Shown here piece by piece: positions 29,561 through 39,816 of a DNA stretch of 64,000 nucleotides (its first letter is position 1; each line of letters starts with the position of its first letter). This stretch comes from a bacterium. GTDB taxonomy: Bacteria > Electryoneota > JAOADG01. The DNA lies in NCBI GenBank assembly GCA_963681965.1, contig OY820579.1:2976001-3040000 (forward strand), in the 5' to 3' direction. The position numbers and the translations under genes were made by a program. The notes beneath the pieces were generated by a model that saw nothing but the letters and a program-made list of their open reading frames with translations, made no database searches and was not told the DNA's origin.

Positions 29561-32404
29561 CTATTTCAGTAGGATCACTTTCTGCATATTCGAATACTTC
29601 GAGGTATTCATTTTTACAAAATAAATTCCAGTTGCTTTTCGATCGCGATCCGATACTCCCGACCACGTTGTCGAATGATAACCAACTTCGAATTGTCCAT
29701 TCACTAATGTCGCTACTTTACGACCCATTACATCGAAAATTTCGATTGATACATGATCCGATCTGGGAAGTGCAAATTTGATCTCAGTTGTCGAATTGAA
29801 TGGATTCGGATAGGGAGCCGATAGTGAATACGACTTTGGTAGTGCTCGTTCGGTTTCTTCTACATCGTTCACACCAATACTGAAATCGGCATTGCTAGTA
29901 TCGCCAACTAGAGATGTCTCAACGGGTAGTAGTCGCAATCTTGCATGACCCGTCATCGGTATCGTAACTGTCCAAAATGCCGATCCAGAGTCGACTACCG
30001 AACTCACAATCTCTTGCCATTGATTCGAGGGAAAGAGACGATCCATTTGAATCCGAATCGTACCGGCACGATTCGAATTCCACCGGATAACTTGACGCTG
30101 TCCTACTCCCCAGTATTCTCCCCCATTCGGAGAAATCAACTGATAAACAGGAGTCATCACTATGAAGTCACGCTGCGATACGGCAGTAACTGTTGTATCG
30201 GTTCGCCAAATCAATTTAAACCGGACATTGTTTGCCACCGGACCAGTAACATTCCATCGGTAATAACCGACATTCTGAATGTCGCTGACCAACGTTTGCC
30301 AGGGTCCGTCTGGGAAATTTCGATTAATCAATAAATCGACATTCCCGCGCATTCCATAAGAGATCCAATTAATGGTCTTGGGAATTCTTACCCAAAATGT
30401 ATCCGGTACCGATTGATTGGAAAAGACCATCGATGGGAATTTGATTGAGAAATTACAGTCGGAAGTATCGGCAAACATTTCGCTATTAGAATTCACGATA
30501 CGAATTCGCGCACTGTCAGTGTCGAATCGACCGATAGTCCAAAGATATCGTCCTTGATCTGCAGGTACGTTCGTTGCAATCGTTATCCACTGTCCGACGG
30601 GGTAATGCAAATTCAATTCAATATTGATATAAGTTATCGCGTACGCATCCCAGCGAATAGTGTCGATTTGATTGAAATAAATCGTATCGCCATCATTCTG
30701 AGTTCTCAATCTGAGTAATGGTGAATTAATCGTGAAGTTCTCATCGGAGCGGTCGCTTTGCGTCGTGTCGTTTGGATCGACAATTCGAAGCCGAACATGT
30801 GACGAGGGTTGACCAGTAACTAACCAAGAATAAACACCGTTATTGTTGACATTATTCGCTAATGTTTCCCAATTTGTGTAAGGATAATTGCGATTAATCT
30901 CAATCCGAACAAACGGAATGGTACTACTCGCATTCCAGCGAATTAGCGAAGTGTTCTGAGCCCAAATAGTGTCAGGATTGTTGTGGGAAAGTAATTCGAT
31001 AGAGCGTGCCGGCGTCAGCGCAATAGCCGCTTGCGCATCGGGCAAACCCGCTCCCATTTGACCGACAAATGTTGGATTGTAACTATCCAGATTGATTGCG
31101 GTCGAATATAACAGGCTCTCGACATCGGAATTCATCATCGACGGATTACGCGACCAAATCAAAGCTGCAACTGCTGCAGCATTTGGACAAGCCATCGATG
31201 TACCATCATGCGCTTCATAAGTGTTGTTGGTAAAAGTCGAATAGATATTCGCGCCCGGTGCCGATAATCCAATCCAGTTTCCATAACTCGAAAAATCGGC
31301 GACTACATCGCCAGCAGCCAATGCAGCTACTGCGATGACACCTGTTGCAGCAGCAGGATACATCATTACCGTGTCGCCATTGTTTCCGGCAGCAGCGAAT
31401 AACAAGCAATCGTGAGCTTGTGCAAAGTCAATTGCATCCTGGAAAAATTGCGGTAGTTCAGCATCACTTCCAAAGCTCATGCTAATAATTCGTACACCGG
31501 AGTTGACGGCATATTGAATACCACGAGCAATATTAGTATCGGGGTAATTCGCAAATCCAACTTGAACGGCAATCAGTTTCACGTTGAAACTTGCAGATGC
31601 AACTCCGAAGCCATTATTGGTTCGAGCAGCAATGATCCCTGATGTATGTGTACCGTGCGGATTCGACCCAGCGACGTTGTTGCTGCCAGCAGCAAAATTC
31701 CAGCCGATTACATCGTCTACATATCCGTTGCTATCGTTGTCAACACCGTTTAAATCCGCTTCCGTCATTCGACCATCCTGATCGATATCTTCCGCCGGAT
31801 TGAACCAGAGATTATCTTGGAGATCCTCGTGGGAATACTCAACTCCGGTATCGATCACCGATACTAGAATTTCATCATTTCCACGCGCAGAATCCCATGC
31901 GGCAGGACAATGCATCGAGTCCAAACCCCATAGCGTACCCGCAGTCGACCAGTCGTCGGGGAGCATGCAAGAAAATCGAATTGGTGGTAATTCGGCACGC
32001 TCGATCCCGGATACATGCGCAAATCGAGACGCGATCATTCGAGCCGATACTACATCGGTTGGGATTTTTGAGGTAATTCCATATTGCACCAAATAATCGC
32101 GATCAAGTCCAATCCGATGGAAGTTAGGATTGGCAAGCGATTTTTTATCGAATGTAAAAATGGGTCGCAGTTCGGTTACGCCAAATTCATTGAGTATTCG
32201 ATCGAATTCAGCATTTCCGGTTGGAACTGCAATTTTTCCATTCAACGAGCGATTAACGGATGAAGAAAATTCCGGAGAAAATCGGAGTGAAAGTCTGGTC
32301 AGATCGTATTTATCTGGGCTGGCAAAAACCAATCCGGAGATAAGCGAAAAAAACAAAAAAAATGCCCATACAGATGGAATGGGCTTGCATCTACAATTGT
32401 TCAT
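29561..32404 (-). CDS. S8 subtilisin-like serine protease with four Ig-like repeats and T9SS-like CTD
   Basis: Catalytic triad motifs VIDTG, HGTHTSG and GTSMACP, oxyanion AAAGN, DNDSNGYVDDVIGWNF and CTD PYPNPFN...KVILLK. Confidence 0.92.
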   Translation of the reverse strand: MNNCRCKPIPSVWAFFLFFSLISGLVFASPDKYDLTRLSLRFSPEFSSSVNRSLNGKIAVPTGNAEFDRILNEFGVTELRPIFTFDKKSLANPNFHRIGLDRDYLVQYGITSKIPTDVVSARMIASRFAHVSGIERAELPPIRFSCMLPDDWSTAGTLWGLDSMHCPAAWDSARGNDEILVSVIDTGVEYSHEDLQDNLWFNPAEDIDQDGRMTEADLNGVDNDSNGYVDDVIGWNFAAGSNNVAGSNPHGTHTSGIIAARTNNGFGVASASFNVKLIAVQVGFANYPDTNIARGIQYAVNSGVRIISMSFGSDAELPQFFQDAIDFAQAHDCLLFAAAGNNGDTVMMYPAAATGVIAVAALAAGDVVADFSSYGNWIGLSAPGANIYSTFTNNTYEAHDGTSMACPNAAAVAALIWSRNPSMMNSDVESLLYSTAINLDSYNPTFVGQMGAGLPDAQAAIALTPARSIELLSHNNPDTIWAQNTSLIRWNASSTIPFVRIEINRNYPYTNWETLANNVNNNGVYSWLVTGQPSSHVRLRIVDPNDTTQSDRSDENFTINSPLLRLRTQNDGDTIYFNQIDTIRWDAYAITYINIELNLHYPVGQWITIATNVPADQGRYLWTIGRFDTDSARIRIVNSNSEMFADTSDCNFSIKFPSMVFSNQSVPDTFWVRIPKTINWISYGMRGNVDLLINRNFPDGPWQTLVSDIQNVGYYRWNVTGPVANNVRFKLIWRTDTTVTAVSQRDFIVMTPVYQLISPNGGEYWGVGQRQVIRWNSNRAGTIRIQMDRLFPSNQWQEIVSSVVDSGSAFWTVTIPMTGHARLRLLPVETSLVGDTSNADFSIGVNDVEETERALPKSYSLSAPYPNPFNSTTEIKFALPRSDHVSIEIFDVMGRKVATLVNGQFEVGYHSTTWSGVSDRDRKATGIYFVKMNTSKYSNMQKVILLK

Positions 32405-32581
32405 CAGTCACCTCATCTCAGTAAGTACTACATATTACAATAAATCGTCTGAGTAATCAACTTTTCATAACGATCTCGAAATTTTTTTAACTCAGGGTCG
32501 CCTGATTGATAGCATACCAATTAGTAGAGAAAGGCAAATTGGTTACTTTTGTACGCGAATTAGTCAAGTAAAATCAAAGAA

Positions 32582-33619
32582 TTAGAATCGAACAGGGGTT
32601 GCAAATTGCTTCAAAGCATGATGCAAAGTGGACGATGCACGAATTTCTCCGACATGTCGACCAGCCCAATTTTTCAGAGTTCGAGTACCCCATCCGGTTT
32701 TCGCGCCCCATTGAGCCGGAAGCAATCCCAGAACTTCCAACAAAATGACCGAAACGGCATCCCGGGCAGTCTGTTCGCCATCCCACATTTTAATTGCGAC
32801 ACCAAGACCCAATCCAGTCGCGTTATCGTGCCAACCCATCGCATAATAGCCAGCAGCGCCAGCCTTAGCAATCAGTCCTTTGCAGGCATGCATCAAATCG
32901 GTATCGATCCGTTTGTGTGTTCCGGCGATCATTTCCGGTCGTTCAGTCATTGCACGTCGAACAAGGGCAACATCTTTACCGTAACGCTCACCTTGCTCGG
33001 CAAGACGTGCAAATCCAGTTGCCATTCCACGTAAAGTGGGTCCCCAAGTCACAACCGAACAGTGGTCCATACCCATCGCAATATCGCTTAGCGAATCTTC
33101 GCAATAACGCGCAATCCTAGCTTTGATACGCTGTTGAACGGGGTGGCTTGCTAGATAGTAACCTTCTAAATCGTCGCCATATTTTGCTGCAGTGGCAAGC
33201 ATCGCTGCGTGTTTTCCCGAGCAATTATGATGTAAAATATCCGGTGTGCGACCTTCGCGGAGCAATGATCGACGGGTTTCTTCATCGATAGGTGGTTGAA
33301 TTCCACACTGCAGTGCGTCAGGAGTAACATTAATTCGATCCAAAATTCTCGCAACTGCACGTCGATGCATCTCTTCGCCGGAATGCGAAGCACAAGCGAT
33401 GGCAATTTCATCGATAGAGACCTCATCTCCCCAAACTTCAACAAACGGCAATGCTTGGAGCGGTTTCATTGAAGATCGAGTGAAGGGTCGATCATCGCTA
33501 TCGCCAAGGCTAAACAACAGGTCGCCATTGGCATTTGCGATGGCTACTGATCCGTGGTGAAATGTCTCGATATGATCGCCACGTGTCTGTTCGATCAATA
33601 CTGGTGCGGTGGAACTCAC
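32582..33619 (-). CDS. L-asparaginase II (Rhizobium AnsA-type) family
   Basis: RSSMKPLQA, ACASHSGE and HNCSGKH motifs. GAGGAG RBS before the GTG start. Confidence 0.88.
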   Translation of the reverse strand: MSSTAPVLIEQTRGDHIETFHHGSVAIANANGDLLFSLGDSDDRPFTRSSMKPLQALPFVEVWGDEVSIDEIAIACASHSGEEMHRRAVARILDRINVTPDALQCGIQPPIDEETRRSLLREGRTPDILHHNCSGKHAAMLATAAKYGDDLEGYYLASHPVQQRIKARIARYCEDSLSDIAMGMDHCSVVTWGPTLRGMATGFARLAEQGERYGKDVALVRRAMTERPEMIAGTHKRIDTDLMHACKGLIAKAGAAGYYAMGWHDNATGLGLGVAIKMWDGEQTARDAVSVILLEVLGLLPAQWGAKTGWGTRTLKNWAGRHVGEIRASSTLHHALKQFATPVRF

Positions 33620-33833
33620 AATTGCTCCTCGTTAATATCTGCAAACACATTTATTTGAAACGAATTTCAAATTGTGTTCCTTCATATCCCCTTTGTGTAA
33701 TGGTAATGTAATAAGATTTTGCTTCAGGTGCTATTGAATTTTGGTCTTTGAAATCGCATTGTTTCACGGTAATTCCGAATTTCGCTATTTCACACGTATA
33801 TTTTTATATGACTGCTAAAAACAAGGAATATCG

Positions 33834-36800
33834 ATGAAATCACCGCATCTGCAATCGTTTCAGCAAGCATTATCACAACGCATTCTAGTGATGGACGGCG
33901 CGACTGGTACCGCGTTGGAGCGTATGCAGCCAACTGCAGCGAATTTTGGAGGAATCGACAAAGAAGGGTGTAACGAGGCACTCAACCTATATTCACCACA
34001 GATCGTCGAAGCCTTACATAAGACTTATATCGAAGCAGGCGCCGATATCCTTGAAACGAACTCGTTTAACGGTTCGACGTTAGTGCTAGGTGAATATGGT
34101 CTAGCCGATCAAATTATCGAGGTGAATCGACTATCGGCAGAATTGGCACGATCGGCTATCGACAAATACGGCACTGATCGTCAGATCTTTGTTGCTGGAG
34201 CTATGGGACCGACGAATCGGGCAATATCGATCACAGGTGGTGTCACATTCGATCAACTAGTTGAATCCTATCGACTTCAAGCTACTGGACTGCTTTTGGG
34301 CGGAGCGGATTATTTACTTCTAGAAACACAACAAGATAGCGTTAATCTGAAAGCGGCTTGGATTGGACTAACCAAGGCACTTAAGGAAAATGGCAAAACC
34401 GATGTACCCATCGCGATTTCGGTAACGATCGAATCGACTGGAACAATGCTCGGTGGTCAAACGATCGACGCATTGTATTATACCGTCGCATCACTGAACC
34501 CGGTTTATATCGGGATGAACTGTGCCACTGGTCCGGATAAAATGACCGATCATATTCGGTCTTTGTCGCAAATCTGTCACCGACCGGTTGCCTGCGTTCC
34601 CAATGCTGGTCTACCCAATACCGAAGGGAAATACAGCGAAGGACCGGAGCAGTTCCACCACATTTTCGATCGATTCCTTCGCGAAGGTTATCTAAATGTA
34701 ATCGGCGGCTGCTGTGGAACATCGGCGGAACATATCAAAGTGCTTCGGAAATTAGCCGACGAATACTCTCCGCGTATTCCGATTTTGAAAGCAAATCGCC
34801 GTACTCTCGCAGGTTCGGAACCGCTGGTCATCGACAATTTCATCCGACCGGTATTCGTTGGCGAGCGCACCAACGTGATTGGCTCCCGAAAATTCAAACG
34901 ACTTGTTGCCGAAGAGAAATTCGATTTAGCCGCTGAAGTTGGTAAAGAGCAAGTACACCGCGGTGCTCACTTAGTCGATCTCTGTACCGCCAATCCTGAT
35001 CGGGAAGAGTTGCACGATTTTCTGGCTGTACTCACTCCCCTCCTGCGAAAAGTTCGGGTTCCCATCATGATCGATTCAACCGATCCGGAAGTCGTTCATG
35101 CTGCCTTAAAATCGATTGGCGGAAAAGCGATCATCAATTCAATCAACTTTGAAGATGGCGACAAACGACTGGAGCAGATCTGTCCGGTGGCTAAAGAATT
35201 CGGTGCCTCGCTTGTCGTTGGTCTAATCGATGAAGACAAGCAATCCGGAATGGCTGTTACGCTTGAGCGGAAATTACAGATTGCCGAACGTGGATATAAT
35301 ACGTTGGTCGAAAAATGGGGTTTCGATCCCGGTGAAATTGTTTTCGACCCACTCACATTTCCCTGTGGAACCGGCGATCCGAATTACCGCGGTGCCGCAG
35401 CCGCTACTATTGCCGGTGTTGCCGAAATCAAGAAGCGCTGGCCGGAATGCATGACACTACTAGGAATATCCAATGTCAGTTTCGGGTTGCCTGATACCGG
35501 TAGGGAAGTGCTGAATTCAGTATTTCTTTACGAAGCGGTACAAGCCGGTCTTGACATGGCGATTGTGAATACTGCCGGACTGCACCGGTATGCCACAATT
35601 CCCGCTGAAGAGATCGATTTATGTGAAGACCTCCTATTCGAACGCCGTGCCGATGCTGTGAATCGCTTTGCCGCGCATTTCCGCGAAGCCAAAAAACAGC
35701 AACATGTTGACGAATGGGCACATCTGAGCAACGATCAGAAAATCACCGCCTGCATTGTCAATGGCGTTAAAGCGGGTCTCACCGACTATTTGGATATCGC
35801 ACTCAAAGACCGGCAACCATTAGAAATAATCAATGGTCCGTTGATGGATGGGATGAAAGAAGTTGGACGGCTCTTTGCGGATAACAAACTGATCGTCGCT
35901 GAAGTACTGGAATCGGCTGAAGCGATGAAAGCCGGTGTCGATCATTTAAAGCAATTCTTTGCACCCGGTTCAAAAACATCCACACGCGGAAAGATGTTGC
36001 TTGCCACGGTGAAAGGGGATGTACACGATATTGGGAAAAATCTGGTCGATATGATCTTCTCGAATAACGGGTATGAAGTGATCAATCTTGGCATCAAGAT
36101 CCCCCCGGAAACTTTGATTGCAGCGGTCTTGGAACATAATCCCGATTTCATCGGTCTCTCCGGTCTGCTCGTCCGCAGCGCGCAGCAGATGGTCATTACA
36201 GCGCAGGATTTTGCCGCTGCGGGTATCGATATCCCGCTCATGGTCGGTGGTGCGGCATTGACGCGAAAGTTTACCATGACGAAGATCGCACCGGAACATC
36301 TCGGACCGACATTTTATGCGCAAGAAGCGATGCAGGGACTGCAGTTAGCGAATCGACTCACCGATGATGACGAACGACCGAAGTTGGTTGACGAGTGGAA
36401 AGCAATCCAGCAACAACTGTTTGCATCATCTTCCGAAGAAATCGAGGAACTCCCCCCCGCTCCTTCAGGTTCGCGTTGGCACCCGATCGAGATTTTACGA
36501 GCACCCGATTTTGTTGAACATCATTTGCGCGAAGTACAGTTAGATGAAGTGCTTCCTCTGATTAATCCAATGATGCTCTATGGCAAGCATCTCGGTCTCA
36601 AAAATACCATGGCACGGCTGCATAAACCGACTGACAAACAGGCATGGGAGCTGCAGCAACAAGTCGAAAAAGTAATCGATCGCGCAGTGCATCTTGGTGT
36701 ATTGCGACCGCAAGCAATCTATCGGTACTTCAAAGCGGCAGCGATGAATGAGACGATAATAGTTGCCGATGGATCCGGTAATGAACTCACCCGCATTGAA

Positions 36801-37283
36801 TTCCCGCGCGAGCGTGTCGAACCATTTCGCTGCGCGGCGGATTGGATTCGACCGATCGAGCTAGGTGGCAATGATTCAATTGCGATGTTTGTCGTCAATG
36901 CCGGTCTGGAAGTTGGCAGATTGGCGAAAGAGTGGATGGAGGCGGGCGAATTATTGAATAGCCATATCCTCGCATCGGTCGCAATCGAGACTGCTGAGGC
37001 GACTGCCGAGTGGATACACAAAAAGATTCGTGCCGATTGGGGTGCTCCCGATCCAGCAACAATGGCATTCGGAGATTACATTAAGTGCCGTTACCGAGGT
37101 TTGCGAATTTCCTTCGGTTATCCGGCATGTCCACGAATCGAGGATCAGGCGATTCTGTTTGATCTATTGAAGCCGGAAAACAGTATCGGCGTGAAACTCA
37201 CTGACGGATTCATGATGGAACCGGAAGCGAGTGTCAGTGCACTGGTGTTCCATCACCCGGACGCTAAATATTTCTCGGCATAA
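33834..37283 (+). CDS. metH: Cobalamin-dependent methionine synthase
   Basis: DGATGT, GGCCGT, GERTNVIGS, GISNVSFG, ATVKGDVHDIGKN and R.SFGYPACP. Confidence 0.97.
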   Translation: MKSPHLQSFQQALSQRILVMDGATGTALERMQPTAANFGGIDKEGCNEALNLYSPQIVEALHKTYIEAGADILETNSFNGSTLVLGEYGLADQIIEVNRLSAELARSAIDKYGTDRQIFVAGAMGPTNRAISITGGVTFDQLVESYRLQATGLLLGGADYLLLETQQDSVNLKAAWIGLTKALKENGKTDVPIAISVTIESTGTMLGGQTIDALYYTVASLNPVYIGMNCATGPDKMTDHIRSLSQICHRPVACVPNAGLPNTEGKYSEGPEQFHHIFDRFLREGYLNVIGGCCGTSAEHIKVLRKLADEYSPRIPILKANRRTLAGSEPLVIDNFIRPVFVGERTNVIGSRKFKRLVAEEKFDLAAEVGKEQVHRGAHLVDLCTANPDREELHDFLAVLTPLLRKVRVPIMIDSTDPEVVHAALKSIGGKAIINSINFEDGDKRLEQICPVAKEFGASLVVGLIDEDKQSGMAVTLERKLQIAERGYNTLVEKWGFDPGEIVFDPLTFPCGTGDPNYRGAAAATIAGVAEIKKRWPECMTLLGISNVSFGLPDTGREVLNSVFLYEAVQAGLDMAIVNTAGLHRYATIPAEEIDLCEDLLFERRADAVNRFAAHFREAKKQQHVDEWAHLSNDQKITACIVNGVKAGLTDYLDIALKDRQPLEIINGPLMDGMKEVGRLFADNKLIVAEVLESAEAMKAGVDHLKQFFAPGSKTSTRGKMLLATVKGDVHDIGKNLVDMIFSNNGYEVINLGIKIPPETLIAAVLEHNPDFIGLSGLLVRSAQQMVITAQDFAAAGIDIPLMVGGAALTRKFTMTKIAPEHLGPTFYAQEAMQGLQLANRLTDDDERPKLVDEWKAIQQQLFASSSEEIEELPPAPSGSRWHPIEILRAPDFVEHHLREVQLDEVLPLINPMMLYGKHLGLKNTMARLHKPTDKQAWELQQQVEKVIDRAVHLGVLRPQAIYRYFKAAAMNETIIVADGSGNELTRIEFPRERVEPFRCAADWIRPIELGGNDSIAMFVVNAGLEVGRLAKEWMEAGELLNSHILASVAIETAEATAEWIHKKIRADWGAPDPATMAFGDYIKCRYRGLRISFGYPACPRIEDQAILFDLLKPENSIGVKLTDGFMMEPEASVSALVFHHPDAKYFSA

Positions 37284-37289
37284 GTCAAA

Positions 37290-37319
37290 CGGGCGTTCCA
37301 ACGAACGCCCGCTTTTTTT
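37290..37319 (+). terminator. Intrinsic terminator after metH
   Basis: CGGGCGTTC-CAAC-GAACGCCCG followed by a T7 run. Confidence 0.85.
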
Positions 37320-37355
37320 AACCAAGCACTAAGCACCAATTCCCAAGCACCGCAA

Positions 37356-39791
37356 TCACATCCCCGGATGACCGCGCGGCGCATTCTTGCCGGGTCCACC
37401 ATCCATGAATGTCTTGAAGTTGTAATATAGAAGATTCTGTAGCTCAAAATTGGTGAAGCCTGCAGTGCGTAATGATTCGAGCTTATATTTATTTATGCCT
37501 GCAAGACCAATATTATCAAACGTATTGTGCTTGAGAAGTGATCGTAATGCTATATAAGAATACTCTGCTTCCTCTTCACGCATATTTATATTCACAGATC
37601 CGTTCGCTGATCCTTCAGTGAGCACAAATGAACCAAGTTTCTTTAATGAAGCTAGCAGTGACGAGTCCAATTGCTCAGTATGTAGATGAAAAATAGCTTT
37701 TTCTTTTAAAATTCCCGCAATCCTAAGAATCCCTTTCTGTCGCTCAGCAAAGTATTTCGACAGTTCTTTTGGATTACTAACCATCGGTTTGTCAGAATCG
37801 ATAATGAAACGAATGTTTGTTTCTTTCAGATCTTGATCAACTAATCTTCGTAAGGTGTCATCAGATGGGTAATTATCAGGTAGATCTATGAAAGTTACCC
37901 CTTCACGATTAAGTGTTTTCCAGCCAAATCTAAGCATACTGTTTGCTATAGTAATGGGTACACTAAACATTAGACCCCGATACGGATCTATTTTTGGAAA
38001 GTCTTTGCTGATGGAATCAGCAAGGATAGGATAATATAATTGTTGGAATCGTTTCCTTTCAGAAGCTAGCCTATCCAATATTATTCCTAATTGATTATCG
38101 CGATCGTCGTTCATAGCCAAAGGCTGTATTTTAACTGGATAGAAAGGTCTAATCCCCCTGTATAAAAAAGGTTGTATGACATTTTGTATTGAATAATTTT
38201 CAATTCCACATGTCTTAAAAAGAAAGTGATCATTTATTCGTTCTGCATCATTATTAAATCTTTCAAACCACGATGGTTTCTCATCAATTTTCACTGCATT
38301 CTCAATAAATCGGTACGCCAAATCTCCCACCTTACCCAGCGAACTCGCTTTCACATTTCCCAGCGTATCGTACGGAGTATGATAAGTATCGTACACACCA
38401 CCGATTGTACCGATGATGAATGAGGGAATCCCTGCCTCATCAAACGGAACATGGTCGCTGCCCGGGTACAATCGCCAGTACTGCAATCCCTTCCGAATAC
38501 TTTCCGGCAGCGAATCGACAATCGCTTGACCCATCTGCGGAAATTCAGCCAAACCACCGACACCAAGCGTATCGCCACCGGTACCGACCACATCCATACT
38601 GAGCGAAGCTTTCACATGATAGCCCGATTGCGATAAAGTTTTGACGAAATACGAAGATCCTAGCAAGCCCTCTTCTTCGGCTGTGTATCCGATAAATAGA
38701 ATCGATTGATTGTATTTCTTTCCCGATTTCGCGAACTGCTCCGCTAATTCCATCACAGTCGCTGCACCCGAAGCATTATCATTTCCACCATGATATATAT
38801 TACCTGCCGGATCCATACCGTGATGATCGAAGTGCGCTCCGACAACCACAATATCATTGCGGTGTGCCGGATCGGAAGCCGGCAACAATCCTGCTACATT
38901 CGCCAGTGGTCGCTTCGGATAAAACTTGCCACTTACCCGAACATCACCGATCGCTGTTAGCGCCACTGCGGCTGACTTCTTCAACTTCTTCGCTTCGTCA
39001 CGAAGTTGATCGGAAGTCTTACCACACGATTTCATTAGGATCGAATCGCCAAACGATTTCGCAATATTCAGTACTGGAAAGTCGGGTTGTGCGAGGGTAT
39101 CGAAGATTGCTGGCAATCGCGGTGGGTCGTTGTCGAACTGCAGGAAAGCCACTGCGCCGTATTTCTTGGCGGCAATCGCTTTCATCCCGGCAACTCCTTC
39201 CATATTCCACCGTACACCGGTAAAATCGGGAGTGCCGCGCATCGCCAGCACAATCGCCCCTTTCACATCGACCGAGTCATAATCGTTCCACCCTTTATCC
39301 GGAGCGTAGACACCGTAGCCAACGAAAACAATTTTCCCGGTCCCATGTCCGATTCCCGACCCTTTGTAAATATTCATCTGCTTCCAAAACGTCGCGGAAT
39401 CGCTCTTTCCATTTGGATACTTCACCACCAGATAACTCGGCATGGTGCAGTCGCCAGCCGGATAAGTGAATGGTTGTCGATACCCGGTTTTACCGAACGG
39501 TGGTTCCAAACCGATCCGCTTGAAGTGATCTTCGAGATATTTTTCCGCTCGATTTCCACCGAGAAATCCGGGATACCGACCTTGCAATGAATCCGAAGTC
39601 AGGACAGCTACATGGTGCATCGCTCGACCGGTGTCGAATGGCATTGGCGTGAGTTGTGTCTCATTCGCATCGGTTCGTGCATGTTGCCCCATCACTCCTG
39701 CCGGCTGTGCCAATGCAAAGATCACTACACCTAGCAGTGCAGACAATGCGATTAGAACTGATTGTTGCGCTTTCATATTCGTCCCGTTCAA
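37356..39791 (-). CDS. M28 family aminopeptidase with PA domain and divergent C-terminal domain
   Basis: Signal peptide, VVGAHFDH, DNASG, TAEEEGLLGS, MDVVG, SDHVPF, YHTPYD and PA-domain IVFVGYG...DVKGAIVL. Confidence 0.88.
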   Translation of the reverse strand: MNGTNMKAQQSVLIALSALLGVVIFALAQPAGVMGQHARTDANETQLTPMPFDTGRAMHHVAVLTSDSLQGRYPGFLGGNRAEKYLEDHFKRIGLEPPFGKTGYRQPFTYPAGDCTMPSYLVVKYPNGKSDSATFWKQMNIYKGSGIGHGTGKIVFVGYGVYAPDKGWNDYDSVDVKGAIVLAMRGTPDFTGVRWNMEGVAGMKAIAAKKYGAVAFLQFDNDPPRLPAIFDTLAQPDFPVLNIAKSFGDSILMKSCGKTSDQLRDEAKKLKKSAAVALTAIGDVRVSGKFYPKRPLANVAGLLPASDPAHRNDIVVVGAHFDHHGMDPAGNIYHGGNDNASGAATVMELAEQFAKSGKKYNQSILFIGYTAEEEGLLGSSYFVKTLSQSGYHVKASLSMDVVGTGGDTLGVGGLAEFPQMGQAIVDSLPESIRKGLQYWRLYPGSDHVPFDEAGIPSFIIGTIGGVYDTYHTPYDTLGNVKASSLGKVGDLAYRFIENAVKIDEKPSWFERFNNDAERINDHFLFKTCGIENYSIQNVIQPFLYRGIRPFYPVKIQPLAMNDDRDNQLGIILDRLASERKRFQQLYYPILADSISKDFPKIDPYRGLMFSVPITIANSMLRFGWKTLNREGVTFIDLPDNYPSDDTLRRLVDQDLKETNIRFIIDSDKPMVSNPKELSKYFAERQKGILRIAGILKEKAIFHLHTEQLDSSLLASLKKLGSFVLTEGSANGSVNINMREEEAEYSYIALRSLLKHNTFDNIGLAGINKYKLESLRTAGFTNFELQNLLYYNFKTFMDGGPGKNAPRGHPGM

Positions 39792-39816
39792 ATCAATTTT
39801 TCAGAGTATCTACAAA

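Noticed and set aside
33620-33833. SAM or cobalamin riboswitch upstream of metH
   Set aside because: No SAM-I (AUC...GAU P1, GCAACC) or B12-box consensus is visible. The region is AT-rich divergent promoter DNA.
37430-38300. Diversity-generating retroelement variable region or intein
   Set aside because: No template repeat or reverse transcriptase is in the window, the segment is much longer than a typical variable region, and there are no intein splice motifs.
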